DNA of 64,000 nucleotides from an uncultured Pseudomonadota bacterium (GTDB lineage Bacteria; Babelota; Babeliae; Babelales; CAIQNR01): NCBI GenBank assembly GCA_964606885.1, contig CAZSHB010000001.1, positions 61,569 to 125,568 of the forward strand, read 5' to 3'. Shown piece by piece: positions 56,435 to 64,000 of this stretch (position 1 is its first letter; each line of letters starts with the position of its first letter). The notes under the pieces were generated by a model. It saw only the letters and a program-made list of their open reading frames with translations, ran no database searches and was not told where the DNA came from. The position numbers and the translations under genes were made by a program.

Positions 56435-57835
56435 ATGAAGTTACAAAATGTACTGATGTTTATCACAGGGTTGATGTTCAATTACTCAACTCATACAAGC
56501 AGCATCAAAGACGACCAAGCGCCTGTAGATAGAACAGAGATTTACCAAAGAGGCGATAAAACACAGCAAAAATTTGATATTAGGCAAGCAGCATTCGCAG
56601 CTCTTGTAGCTAGTAAAAAACCGAATGCCAAACAAGAACTTTTAGATGTATTAGATAAAAAAAAATCTAAAAAAGATGCTCGTACCGTAAAACCATGCAA
56701 ACACCCAAGACAATTAATACCACAACCGTACCTATCTGACCCGGTTCCAGTAGTACTGGCTTCTGTAAAGTATGATCCAGATGCAGAAAAAGATTGTAAC
56801 TATCGATGCGCACAGTATAAATGCGATTTAGTAAAAGCAGTAATTAACGGTACTATCGACTCAAAAAACACACTTCTTCCTAAAACGCAAACTGTCACTC
56901 AAGACAACGTACATACATATTGCTGGCTGTGTGGTGCACATGCAGTTGCAGTAATTACAGAAGGTCATATTGTCAATCTAGTACACGTATCTCAAAAAAC
57001 AACTGAAGACGTAAACGGCTTTTTCCAAAAAAAATATGCTAACAATTTTTTTCACAATCCATACGCTACCGCAGCTTTAAAAGCAGCACAAAAAAAAACA
57101 CCCTGGGATGCCGCATGGCAAACAGCATGGAAAGCAGCACGACATATAATATGGCAAGCAGTACATGATGATCTAGATGTACCCGAATATAACCCATTTA
57201 CACCATGGAAAAACTATGATCCACATTGTACATGTACTGCCTGTCAAGTAAACAACCAGACCTATCAAGATCCTCTTTCAGTAAAATTATGCGAATGCCA
57301 TGCTTGTGAAAATCAGCATCCTGATAAAAATAATAAGGCAGAAAGACTCCAAAAGATTTTTTCAGAAAAAGATAGAAAAGCACAAGTACAAAAAATACGA
57401 GAACACTACAAACTAAACACTCCCCCTGCAGTTCGTGCTATCCGCGTTTTTGACCCAGAAAGATTCGACCCTACACATCCTGAAGGGTATGTAGCAAGTA
57501 CATGGCAAGAACAACCAGATAAAGTGGATCACGCTATAGCAGCTAGAATACGAGAAAAAATACAACTCTTTAATAAACCACTGCGCGCCAAAGAACAAGA
57601 AAAAGCAGCTCTTATGCATGCACACGATTTTTTATCACAAGAAGAACTTAATAATTATCAATTAACGCCGGAAGAAAAAATACGACCATTGATCAGCCAA
57701 AAAAAACGTGATGCTGCAGTAGAAGACACAGTTGCTGAATGGCGCCCTCTATTACCCCAAATAGTACCAGACTTAGTTAACCCTCTAGACGCTGAAGAAG
57801 ACTATTTTAAAGACCATAAAAACCAAATTTTTTAA
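56435..57835 (+). CDS. Hypothetical secreted protein with paired CxCxxC motifs
   Basis: 466-aa ORF with a hydrophobic leader. HCTCTACQ and LCECHACENQH lie 18 aa apart (DNA 57227-57307). I recognise no family. Confidence 0.55.
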   Translation: MKLQNVLMFITGLMFNYSTHTSSIKDDQAPVDRTEIYQRGDKTQQKFDIRQAAFAALVASKKPNAKQELLDVLDKKKSKKDARTVKPCKHPRQLIPQPYLSDPVPVVLASVKYDPDAEKDCNYRCAQYKCDLVKAVINGTIDSKNTLLPKTQTVTQDNVHTYCWLCGAHAVAVITEGHIVNLVHVSQKTTEDVNGFFQKKYANNFFHNPYATAALKAAQKKTPWDAAWQTAWKAARHIIWQAVHDDLDVPEYNPFTPWKNYDPHCTCTACQVNNQTYQDPLSVKLCECHACENQHPDKNNKAERLQKIFSEKDRKAQVQKIREHYKLNTPPAVRAIRVFDPERFDPTHPEGYVASTWQEQPDKVDHAIAARIREKIQLFNKPLRAKEQEKAALMHAHDFLSQEELNNYQLTPEEKIRPLISQKKRDAAVEDTVAEWRPLLPQIVPDLVNPLDAEEDYFKDHKNQIF

Positions 57836-57865
57836 ACAACCCATTAACAACACAAGGGGCGCTCA

Positions 57866-58168
57866 ATGACAAACAAAACAATTTCACTTGCAATATTCAC
57901 TCTTTGTGCAGCAATTGCTACACCATCTATGCATGCAAGCAAAAAAGAACAACCTGGCAGAAAACTTACGCTTGATGAAAAGCTTGCACGAGAATTTGGA
58001 CATAACGACAATCAAAAGTATCATCCAGATGCAATAGCAGTTACAGCAGCACAAAAAGCAAGAGCAGAAGCTTTCGCATTACAACAAGAAAGATCTAGAC
58101 TTGGCCAAGAAACAAAACTTATAACATTTGGTCAGAAGAACGGCCAAAGAAGCAAAAAAAATAAATAA
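57866..58168 (+). CDS. Small basic secreted protein (family B, member 1)
   Basis: Signal peptide MTNKTISLAIFTLCAAIATPSMHASKK, shared with the next two ORFs. Confidence 0.55.
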   Translation: MTNKTISLAIFTLCAAIATPSMHASKKEQPGRKLTLDEKLAREFGHNDNQKYHPDAIAVTAAQKARAEAFALQQERSRLGQETKLITFGQKNGQRSKKNK

Positions 58169-58193
58169 TACTCTTACTTAAAAAAGGATCACT

Positions 58194-58502
58194 ATGACCA
58201 AAAATAACCTCTCTTTTTATATGCTCGCTCTATGCGCTGTAGCAGCTTCTACAAGCGTACATGCTGGTAAAAAATTATCCCTCGTAAAACTTTGCACAAA
58301 TCTGGATGAAGACTCAGTTAACACAACACGTACAGACTGCCAACCGGTATCAGATAGAAAACTAACTAATGAAACTACATATGCCGCAATAACAGCATCC
58401 GGTAAATCAAGACCAGCACAAAAAAATAAGCCCCATAGCGAAAAACGCCAACAAAGCCGCTCTTATAGCACTCCTCAACACCACTACCCTTGGCCAAGCT
58501 AA
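58194..58502 (+). CDS. Small basic secreted protein (family B, member 2)
   Basis: Signal peptide MTKNNLSFYMLALCAVAASTSVHAGKK. Confidence 0.55.
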   Translation: MTKNNLSFYMLALCAVAASTSVHAGKKLSLVKLCTNLDEDSVNTTRTDCQPVSDRKLTNETTYAAITASGKSRPAQKNKPHSEKRQQSRSYSTPQHHYPWPS

Positions 58503-58529
58503 ACCCCTACAAACAACAGGATCTTATTC

Positions 58530-58769
58530 ATGCTCAAAAACACCATATACCTACACACATTGCTTATTGTTGCAGCACTTTGCGCAACAGATGCTCATGC
58601 AACTAAAAAAAATAATGCAGCAACACGACGTGCAAAAGCAGCCGCAGCGGCACTTGCAATAGCAGTTGGCGGCGTCAACGATAATCACACAGAACCATGT
58701 TTAACGGTTCCTCACACAGATCATAAGAAAAAAGCATCTCAGGCAGCAGTGAGAAAAGCAAATAAGTAA
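58530..58769 (+). CDS. Small basic secreted protein (family B, member 3)
   Basis: Signal peptide MLKNTIYLHTLLIVAALCATDAHATKK. Confidence 0.5.
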   Translation: MLKNTIYLHTLLIVAALCATDAHATKKNNAATRRAKAAAAALAIAVGGVNDNHTEPCLTVPHTDHKKKASQAAVRKANK

Positions 58770-58834
58770 AAGCTAACCGCATATACTCTAAAGTACCTAA
58801 GAGTATTAAACCTAAAAAAGAGAGTTGATAGACC

Positions 58835-59812
58835 ATGGAAAACAAACCGTTCTTACTCAACCCCCAAGCCATTCCACAGAACAGTACCGTCATTGTAGGG
58901 TTCTCTGGTGGCCCCGATTCGTTATGCCTATTACATCAACTCTCTTTGTTACGTAAAGAACGCAACCTCACTGTCATAGCAGCACATCTAGATCATGGAT
59001 GGCGCGAAGATTCAGCACACGATGCGGATTATTGCCAAAATTTATGCCGCGAATGGGATATCCCTTTTGAACGTGGGCACGCTCGTGATTTTGAAGACTT
59101 AGTAAAAAAAACAGGTTCTAAAGAAGATGTCGGCCGCAGAATGCGCCGCATGTTTTATAAGCAACTAGCAGAAAAACATAATGCCAAAGCGATCATGCTC
59201 GGACATCATCAAAACGACCAGCTCGAAAACTTCTTTATCCGTATGATACGGGGCACCACCTTAACCGGGCTTGCTGGTATGCACGAACAACAGGGTCTCT
59301 ATGTGCGGCCGCTTTTAGAAGTAACCAAAGAAGAAATTTTAGATTATTTAACCAAAAACAACCTGCCCTACTTAATTGATCCATCTAATAGTAACGAAGA
59401 ATTTTTACGTAACCGTATCCGTGCACACGTAGTGCCAGCCTTTACACGGTGCGACACACGGGCTATGCAAAATGTTATGCGCACGTTTGAACAAGTTAAA
59501 ATAGCAGAAGTCTTTTTACAAAAACTTACCCAAGAAACGTTTAAGCAGTTACTGGTTGCACAAGTACCGCTCACTATCGATATTAAAAAGTTGATGGCCC
59601 TAGACCCTTTTTTGCAGTATCGCATTTTACAACATTGGATTGTCAGCTGTGCGCCATCGTTTACCCTAACGGAAGCATTTCTTGATGAAGTGATGCGCTT
59701 TATTGCCAGTCCGCGCGGCGGATCTCACCAACTGGGAACTGGTTGGCATATGATCAAAAAACAAGGACATGCGTATATAGAGACCACGTGCGCAGTACAA
59801 CCGACAGCGTAA
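58835..59812 (+). CDS. tilS: tRNA(Ile)-lysidine synthase (short form)
   Basis: PP-loop VGFSGGPDSLCLL and the HLDHGWR motif. Confidence 0.9.
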   Translation: MENKPFLLNPQAIPQNSTVIVGFSGGPDSLCLLHQLSLLRKERNLTVIAAHLDHGWREDSAHDADYCQNLCREWDIPFERGHARDFEDLVKKTGSKEDVGRRMRRMFYKQLAEKHNAKAIMLGHHQNDQLENFFIRMIRGTTLTGLAGMHEQQGLYVRPLLEVTKEEILDYLTKNNLPYLIDPSNSNEEFLRNRIRAHVVPAFTRCDTRAMQNVMRTFEQVKIAEVFLQKLTQETFKQLLVAQVPLTIDIKKLMALDPFLQYRILQHWIVSCAPSFTLTEAFLDEVMRFIASPRGGSHQLGTGWHMIKKQGHAYIETTCAVQPTA

Positions 59813-59880
59813 AAGCAGTTCAATCTTTTATTTACCTAAAAGACGTCTGCTGGGTATACTTGGCAAAAAAGAGGTTGCTT

Positions 59881-60834
59881 ATGAACAAAATACGCTCTGT
59901 TAATCGGTACATTGGTCTTTCCATTATCCTGCATACGCTCATCTGTGTATGTCTTTTTTTAGCCATTATCCATAAGCAATTACCGCTTGCAGCGCATATT
60001 AAACCGCTCATTCAACCTGCCAACATTCCTGCACCTGTTATGTTTGTACAAGAACCTCCTGCGGCGGCACCAAAGCAGGACACATCGCCCCTTGATATCG
60101 ATCCACCAGGTATGCCTAAAGGACTTGCTATCAGTATGTCACAGCTACCTGACGAATCGTTACTGGCAAACAAAAAGCCAGGCCTTAAACAAGACAAAGA
60201 ACAACCAGTACCAACTATAAAACAAGAGGCAACCAGCATTAATCCAGTTGCACCACAAACCACACCCGCTGTTGCAACAGAACAGACACCTGCAGCGCAA
60301 CAACTGGCTGCGACAACTATGCAACAAGAAATCAAAAAAGCCTCTGATACAAAAGCACAGATTATTAAAAACAGTTCAGACAAAGGCATACCGGTTCAAA
60401 AAGAACTCAACCTTGCCGATCTGTTTAGAAATGCACAAAAATCGTTTGCCAAAGAGGATGTTGTTGTAAGCGCGCAAGATGCTGGCGGACCATCGGGCGA
60501 TATTGTCATATCAGAAGGTTCTTTAAAATATTATTCGCTCTGGTCAAAATTCTTAAGCCATTTAAACGATGCTGCCCGTTTTAACCGCCGTGGTGGCAAA
60601 GATGCTCAAGTACATCAATGGTTACAAGCAGGACTGATTAAAAAAGAAGCGTTGTTTGCTATCGATATTGATAAAAAAGGTCAGGTAGTAAACGTAGCCT
60701 TATTGTCTTCATCCGGGCATACGCCATTCGATTCACTTTGTATTGCTGATATTTGGTCAGCCGCACCGTATCCACCCTTACCAGAATCTATCAACAGACC
60801 AACTGCGCGCTTTCAAGTAAAAGCATTCTTTTAA
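59881..60834 (+). CDS. TonB/TolA-like protein (N-terminal anchor, Pro/Gln/Ala-rich linker, TonB_C-like domain)
   Basis: ATG at 59881 gives MNKIRSVNRYIGLSIILHTLICVCLFLAII. The linker is PAPVMFVQEPPAAAPKQD...PQTTPAVATEQTPAAQQ. The C-terminus is IDKKGQVVNVALLSSSGHTPFDSLCIADIWSAAPYPPLP. The ORF-track start 59743 overlaps tilS. Confidence 0.55.
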   Translation: MNKIRSVNRYIGLSIILHTLICVCLFLAIIHKQLPLAAHIKPLIQPANIPAPVMFVQEPPAAAPKQDTSPLDIDPPGMPKGLAISMSQLPDESLLANKKPGLKQDKEQPVPTIKQEATSINPVAPQTTPAVATEQTPAAQQLAATTMQQEIKKASDTKAQIIKNSSDKGIPVQKELNLADLFRNAQKSFAKEDVVVSAQDAGGPSGDIVISEGSLKYYSLWSKFLSHLNDAARFNRRGGKDAQVHQWLQAGLIKKEALFAIDIDKKGQVVNVALLSSSGHTPFDSLCIADIWSAAPYPPLPESINRPTARFQVKAFF

Positions 60835-60900
60835 ACGCTTCTTTTTAGTAACTACGGTGTGCTATTTTTTTATATCATGTTTATAAAAAAGGAGACCTGT

Positions 60901-61449
60901 ATGAACTATATTCTGGCCGGCATTATTCTGACACACACGTTTACCATGTTTGCCAGTTGCAAAATAGAGTCACACTGTACGTGGCAAAATCTTGACGAAG
61001 GCCAAAGTATCACCGCTCAACAGGCGTTTGGTGGTAAATGGATTTTAGCTGCAACCATCACGTTCAAAAGAAAATCAGCCGATGATATCTACGTAAGCTT
61101 GCTCGATCTTTCCTGGCAAGGCATACCACTTACCAAACTGAATGCAACACTATTCCGTTGCGATCTTGATAAACCATTTGTACCGCTAGAAGAAAATGTG
61201 GTCGCTGACGGCACATGGAGCCAAGATAAGCAGATGCTCAGATTTAGTTTTAAAGAAAAAGAACGGCTGCAGGCAACACACACATTCGGTCTTGTCCTTA
61301 CCGTTCCTTCTGATTTAGAAACCACTATTAAGACAGGGTATTTTAATTTAGTACCAACCAGCCTCCCGCAACCTTTGCAAGCAACTGCTCAGCAACACCC
61401 TTTGCATGTTCAATTTATGCTGCCAACACAAGACACCCTTGTTTCATGA
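60901..61449 (+). CDS. Hypothetical probable lipoprotein
   Basis: ATG at 60901 gives MNYILAGIILTHTFTMFASC (lipobox-like). I recognise no motif. Confidence 0.45.
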   Translation: MNYILAGIILTHTFTMFASCKIESHCTWQNLDEGQSITAQQAFGGKWILAATITFKRKSADDIYVSLLDLSWQGIPLTKLNATLFRCDLDKPFVPLEENVVADGTWSQDKQMLRFSFKEKERLQATHTFGLVLTVPSDLETTIKTGYFNLVPTSLPQPLQATAQQHPLHVQFMLPTQDTLVS

Positions 61450-62517
61450 AGCAAAACTAATTCCATAGCCAATTTTGCACCATTCCTTAAGGTCATATAA
61501 CTCTTGCGCAAACTCATCATCAATTTCACTTAACCGTGCATACGTACCATCATCTTGACGTACAAACGGATCAACCGCACGACACTTAGGACGACTATTA
61601 ATCGTACCTTTACCATAATCAACAACTGTATACTGATTCTTATAATCAGCCGCTCGCGCAAACCAATACTTAATAACCGGGTCTTGCGCATTGCGTACTA
61701 TATCCATAACCTGCGTGTCGCCACCAAAATGCATAATCTCATGTGACAACAACCCTGTTTTAAGAGCATGAGCAACTGCCTGACCAAAGCAGTAGTACAC
61801 AAACATATTTTCGTGCCCGCCCCAGATGTGCTTAGTAAAGTGTAACGGCAACTGTGCAAACTGTTTTGCTTTATCTTGATCGGTAAAAAACCAGAACCCA
61901 TCTTGATAGTCTAAAGCATCAATCACTGCACATGCATCTTCTTTACTTATACGTCCAAACACAATACCGGTGTGTAAGTTATACTCAATACGGTCCGCAC
62001 AAAGATCGGGCAGCGGTTGTTCAAGCGCACGGTAATCTGGATGATCCGGGTCCATCTGCTCAAGCATCAATCCTTGCGCATCAAGCAAAGTTATAAGATC
62101 TTGATAGTGTGATAAAAACCACAAATGAATAGTATCTTGGTACGATTTATCACCGTCCCCTTTACCAAACACAATATCCCCTAAATGTGAGAATACGGTA
62201 TGCGATGTATCATGCAGCAAACCTGCAAGTTGTTCTTTTTTATCTGCGCATGCTTTTGTTTTAAGCAACCACCACACACCAATAGAATGGTTATAGCGGC
62301 TGTAATCGGGCACCATACCTAAATAAAAGGTAGGCCCTGCAACAGCAATATCCTTCATGCGTTGCATAACAGGACTTGCAATCACTTGTTCTATTAATTC
62401 GTCATCACACGCATAGTCACCCCATGCGGTGGACACGATCATCTGCGCTTGTACTGCAGTAACACTGAGCAAAAGTGCTACAACTAAATTCCGATACCAA
62501 TACTTTTTATAATTCAT
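61444..62517 (-). CDS. Exported HD-domain phosphohydrolase (COG1078 / SAMHD1-EF1143-like dNTPase fold)
   Basis: Signal peptide MNYKKYWYRNLVVALLLSVTAVQA. HD motifs RYNHSIGVWWLL and AGLLHDTSHTVFSH, plus the downstream DRIEYNLH. Confidence 0.65.
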   Translation of the reverse strand: MNYKKYWYRNLVVALLLSVTAVQAQMIVSTAWGDYACDDELIEQVIASPVMQRMKDIAVAGPTFYLGMVPDYSRYNHSIGVWWLLKTKACADKKEQLAGLLHDTSHTVFSHLGDIVFGKGDGDKSYQDTIHLWFLSHYQDLITLLDAQGLMLEQMDPDHPDYRALEQPLPDLCADRIEYNLHTGIVFGRISKEDACAVIDALDYQDGFWFFTDQDKAKQFAQLPLHFTKHIWGGHENMFVYYCFGQAVAHALKTGLLSHEIMHFGGDTQVMDIVRNAQDPVIKYWFARAADYKNQYTVVDYGKGTINSRPKCRAVDPFVRQDDGTYARLSEIDDEFAQELYDLKEWCKIGYGISFAS

Positions 62518-62542
62518 GACTGCCTGTCGTTATTAGGTGGTA

Positions 62543-64000
62543 CTATTTTTTCTTTAATAATGACGTTTTACGATCATTACACATTTTTAGAATACGTTCT
62601 TGTTGAGATTGCACCATCTGGTTTCCGGGATGATTTATACCAAATTCTATATTCTCAATCTCTTTTGTTATCTTCTCTTTACCGTTACCAGACTTTACAT
62701 CTGCAAGGCGCTCCATTATCTCACATTCCATCTTGATACATCGGTAAACATAGTCTAAAAACTCTTTTTGACCTGGTGTTATACCAGAAGCCTGTCTATC
62801 TATATACTCACGCGCAGTTGTTTTAATTAACCGCAAGCAATTTCTTCTACTAAAAAGATTGTCTTTTTCTTTTGCTATCAACAACCCAAGAGTGTCCATC
62901 ATATGTTTATACATTCCTTGTGTATCCCCAACAGGAAGCATGTGTGGGTTTAAAATTGCTTCTGTCATTGAGGTAACATGACTATCATCAAGCACTGTTA
63001 TTAAATTGATAGCACCTGGGATTTCATCTAAAGGTAACCTCTGTAATAACTCTCGCTGCGCTGCAACAATTTTATCTTCTTTAGAAGCCTTTTTATCAGA
63101 TTGAACTGCTGCTGTTGCGCTAGAAGAAGAGGAAGATGATGGTTCAGAGTAATCCAATAAAAAATACTGCGAATTGTTCTCATCTGTTATAACGAAAGGT
63201 TTTTTCAAACCGGTTTCTTGTTCTATAGCTTGGATTACTTCTCGTATTCTTGCTGTAATTGCTTCGTGATCTCCGTCATCAAGATCTGTTAAGTCAACAC
63301 GCTCTATTCTTGGTGAAAGAGATACTATTGAACGATATGGTGCTGTACTTGCCATAACGCTTGAGCTAGAGCTTGAAGATGATACTGCAGAAGAACTGCT
63401 ATCAGAGCTGTCAACTTGAAACTCGCGTTTCCCTAACAAGGCTTTATTACACAGATCGCATATTTCAAGCAAACGTTTTTTCTGTGTTGGAACAAGACCC
63501 TGCTCAGCACCTATCCCATCTCTTGCAGACTGAATAGCCTTCATAGCTTGTTTTCTATCAACACACTCATGGGTAAGTATTGAAAGAAGAAGTCTCTGTA
63601 TAGTCTTTTGTTCAAACTCAATTTTATCCCAAATCGACTTTAAAACTTCTCTATGATCTGGTGAAAGACGTTGGCTAGTTTCAGAAGACTGAAGATAAGC
63701 AGATATCGAAAGCAATACCCAATTAAGAATGCCTATGCGTTTTCCAACACTTTCCTGTGTTATATCCATAGGATATTTATTAAGTAAAGCATCAAAATGG
63801 TCCATCGTGTGCAATAATGTTAATGTATCACACGGTCTAGCGCATACAAGAACCACGAGCGCAGAAACCAAATTTTGATCAACCGGTCTGCTATTCATCA
63901 GATGAAGTATACTATTATCTAACAAAGAAATCGGGTTACCATATGCACTTGTATGCGTAAGTTTCTGGATAACACCCGCTACTCCACGTTGTACATTTTT
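62543..64000 (-). CDS. Hypothetical modular protein with two polyserine linkers; 5' end beyond window
   Basis: The ORF-track start (63925) is a TTG. The frame stays open to coordinate 64000 (upstream codons read ...KNVQRGVAGVIQKLTHTSAYGNPIS-LLDNS), so the gene continues off-window. Ser runs are DSSDSSSSAVSSSSSSSS and EPSSSSSSSA. There is an internal module duplication. Confidence 0.6.
   Translation of the reverse strand, partial: KNVQRGVAGVIQKLTHTSAYGNPISLLDNSILHLMNSRPVDQNLVSALVVLVCARPCDTLTLLHTMDHFDALLNKYPMDITQESVGKRIGILNWVLLSISAYLQSSETSQRLSPDHREVLKSIWDKIEFEQKTIQRLLLSILTHECVDRKQAMKAIQSARDGIGAEQGLVPTQKKRLLEICDLCNKALLGKREFQVDSSDSSSSAVSSSSSSSSVMASTAPYRSIVSLSPRIERVDLTDLDDGDHEAITARIREVIQAIEQETGLKKPFVITDENNSQYFLLDYSEPSSSSSSSATAAVQSDKKASKEDKIVAAQRELLQRLPLDEIPGAINLITVLDDSHVTSMTEAILNPHMLPVGDTQGMYKHMMDTLGLLIAKEKDNLFSRRNCLRLIKTTAREYIDRQASGITPGQKEFLDYVYRCIKMECEIMERLADVKSGNGKEKITKEIENIEFGINHPGNQMVQSQQERILKMCNDRKTSLLKKK

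Overview
This is a 64-kb stretch of a moderately AT-rich bacterial chromosome. The gene content looks like an obligate intracellular, protist- or amoeba-associated bacterium. Dependentiae/TM6-like is my best guess, and Chlamydiae- or Legionellales-like lifestyles are alternatives; taxonomy cannot be proven from this window. The housekeeping backbone is a partial IMPase, ftsH, tolQ-tolR-tolA-like-tolB, cca, dsbD-like, lysS, DJ-1/PfpI, recJ, cmk, pyrG, lon, rpsB, dnaX, der, hpf, Fe/Mn SOD, ftsB, a C-terminal processing protease, glmS, rpsI, dksA, tadA, gyrB and tilS. There are three tRNAs (Ala-GGC, Ser-GGA, Thr-CGU), all with encoded CCA, and two Tlc/NTT-type nucleotide transporters, which points to energy parasitism. 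Accessory cassettes sit between these genes and encode eukaryote-like or orphan secreted proteins: two tandem LRR proteins ending in CaaX boxes (CTLL, CALL); a small coiled-coil protein ending in CIIL; a translationally coupled pair of C3HC4 RING-finger proteins with a repeated novel C-terminal module; a cytosolic-PLA2-type (PLA2c) phospholipase; two ankyrin-repeat paralogs; an exported HD-domain phosphohydrolase; a modular protein with polyserine linkers; a 995-aa Thr/Asn/Gly-rich surface-type protein; and several tandem families of small secreted proteins. Almost all of these carry Sec-type N-terminal leaders. A roughly 280-bp segmental duplication of the cca divergent promoter region brackets the LRR pair and leaves a cca 5' pseudogene fragment. 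Intergenic regions are full of A-run/GC-hairpin/T-run bidirectional terminators, and some recur as near-identical copies. I saw no rRNA, CRISPR array, transposase, integrase or phage gene. All functional calls rest on motif-level reading of the supplied translations; no database search was possible.
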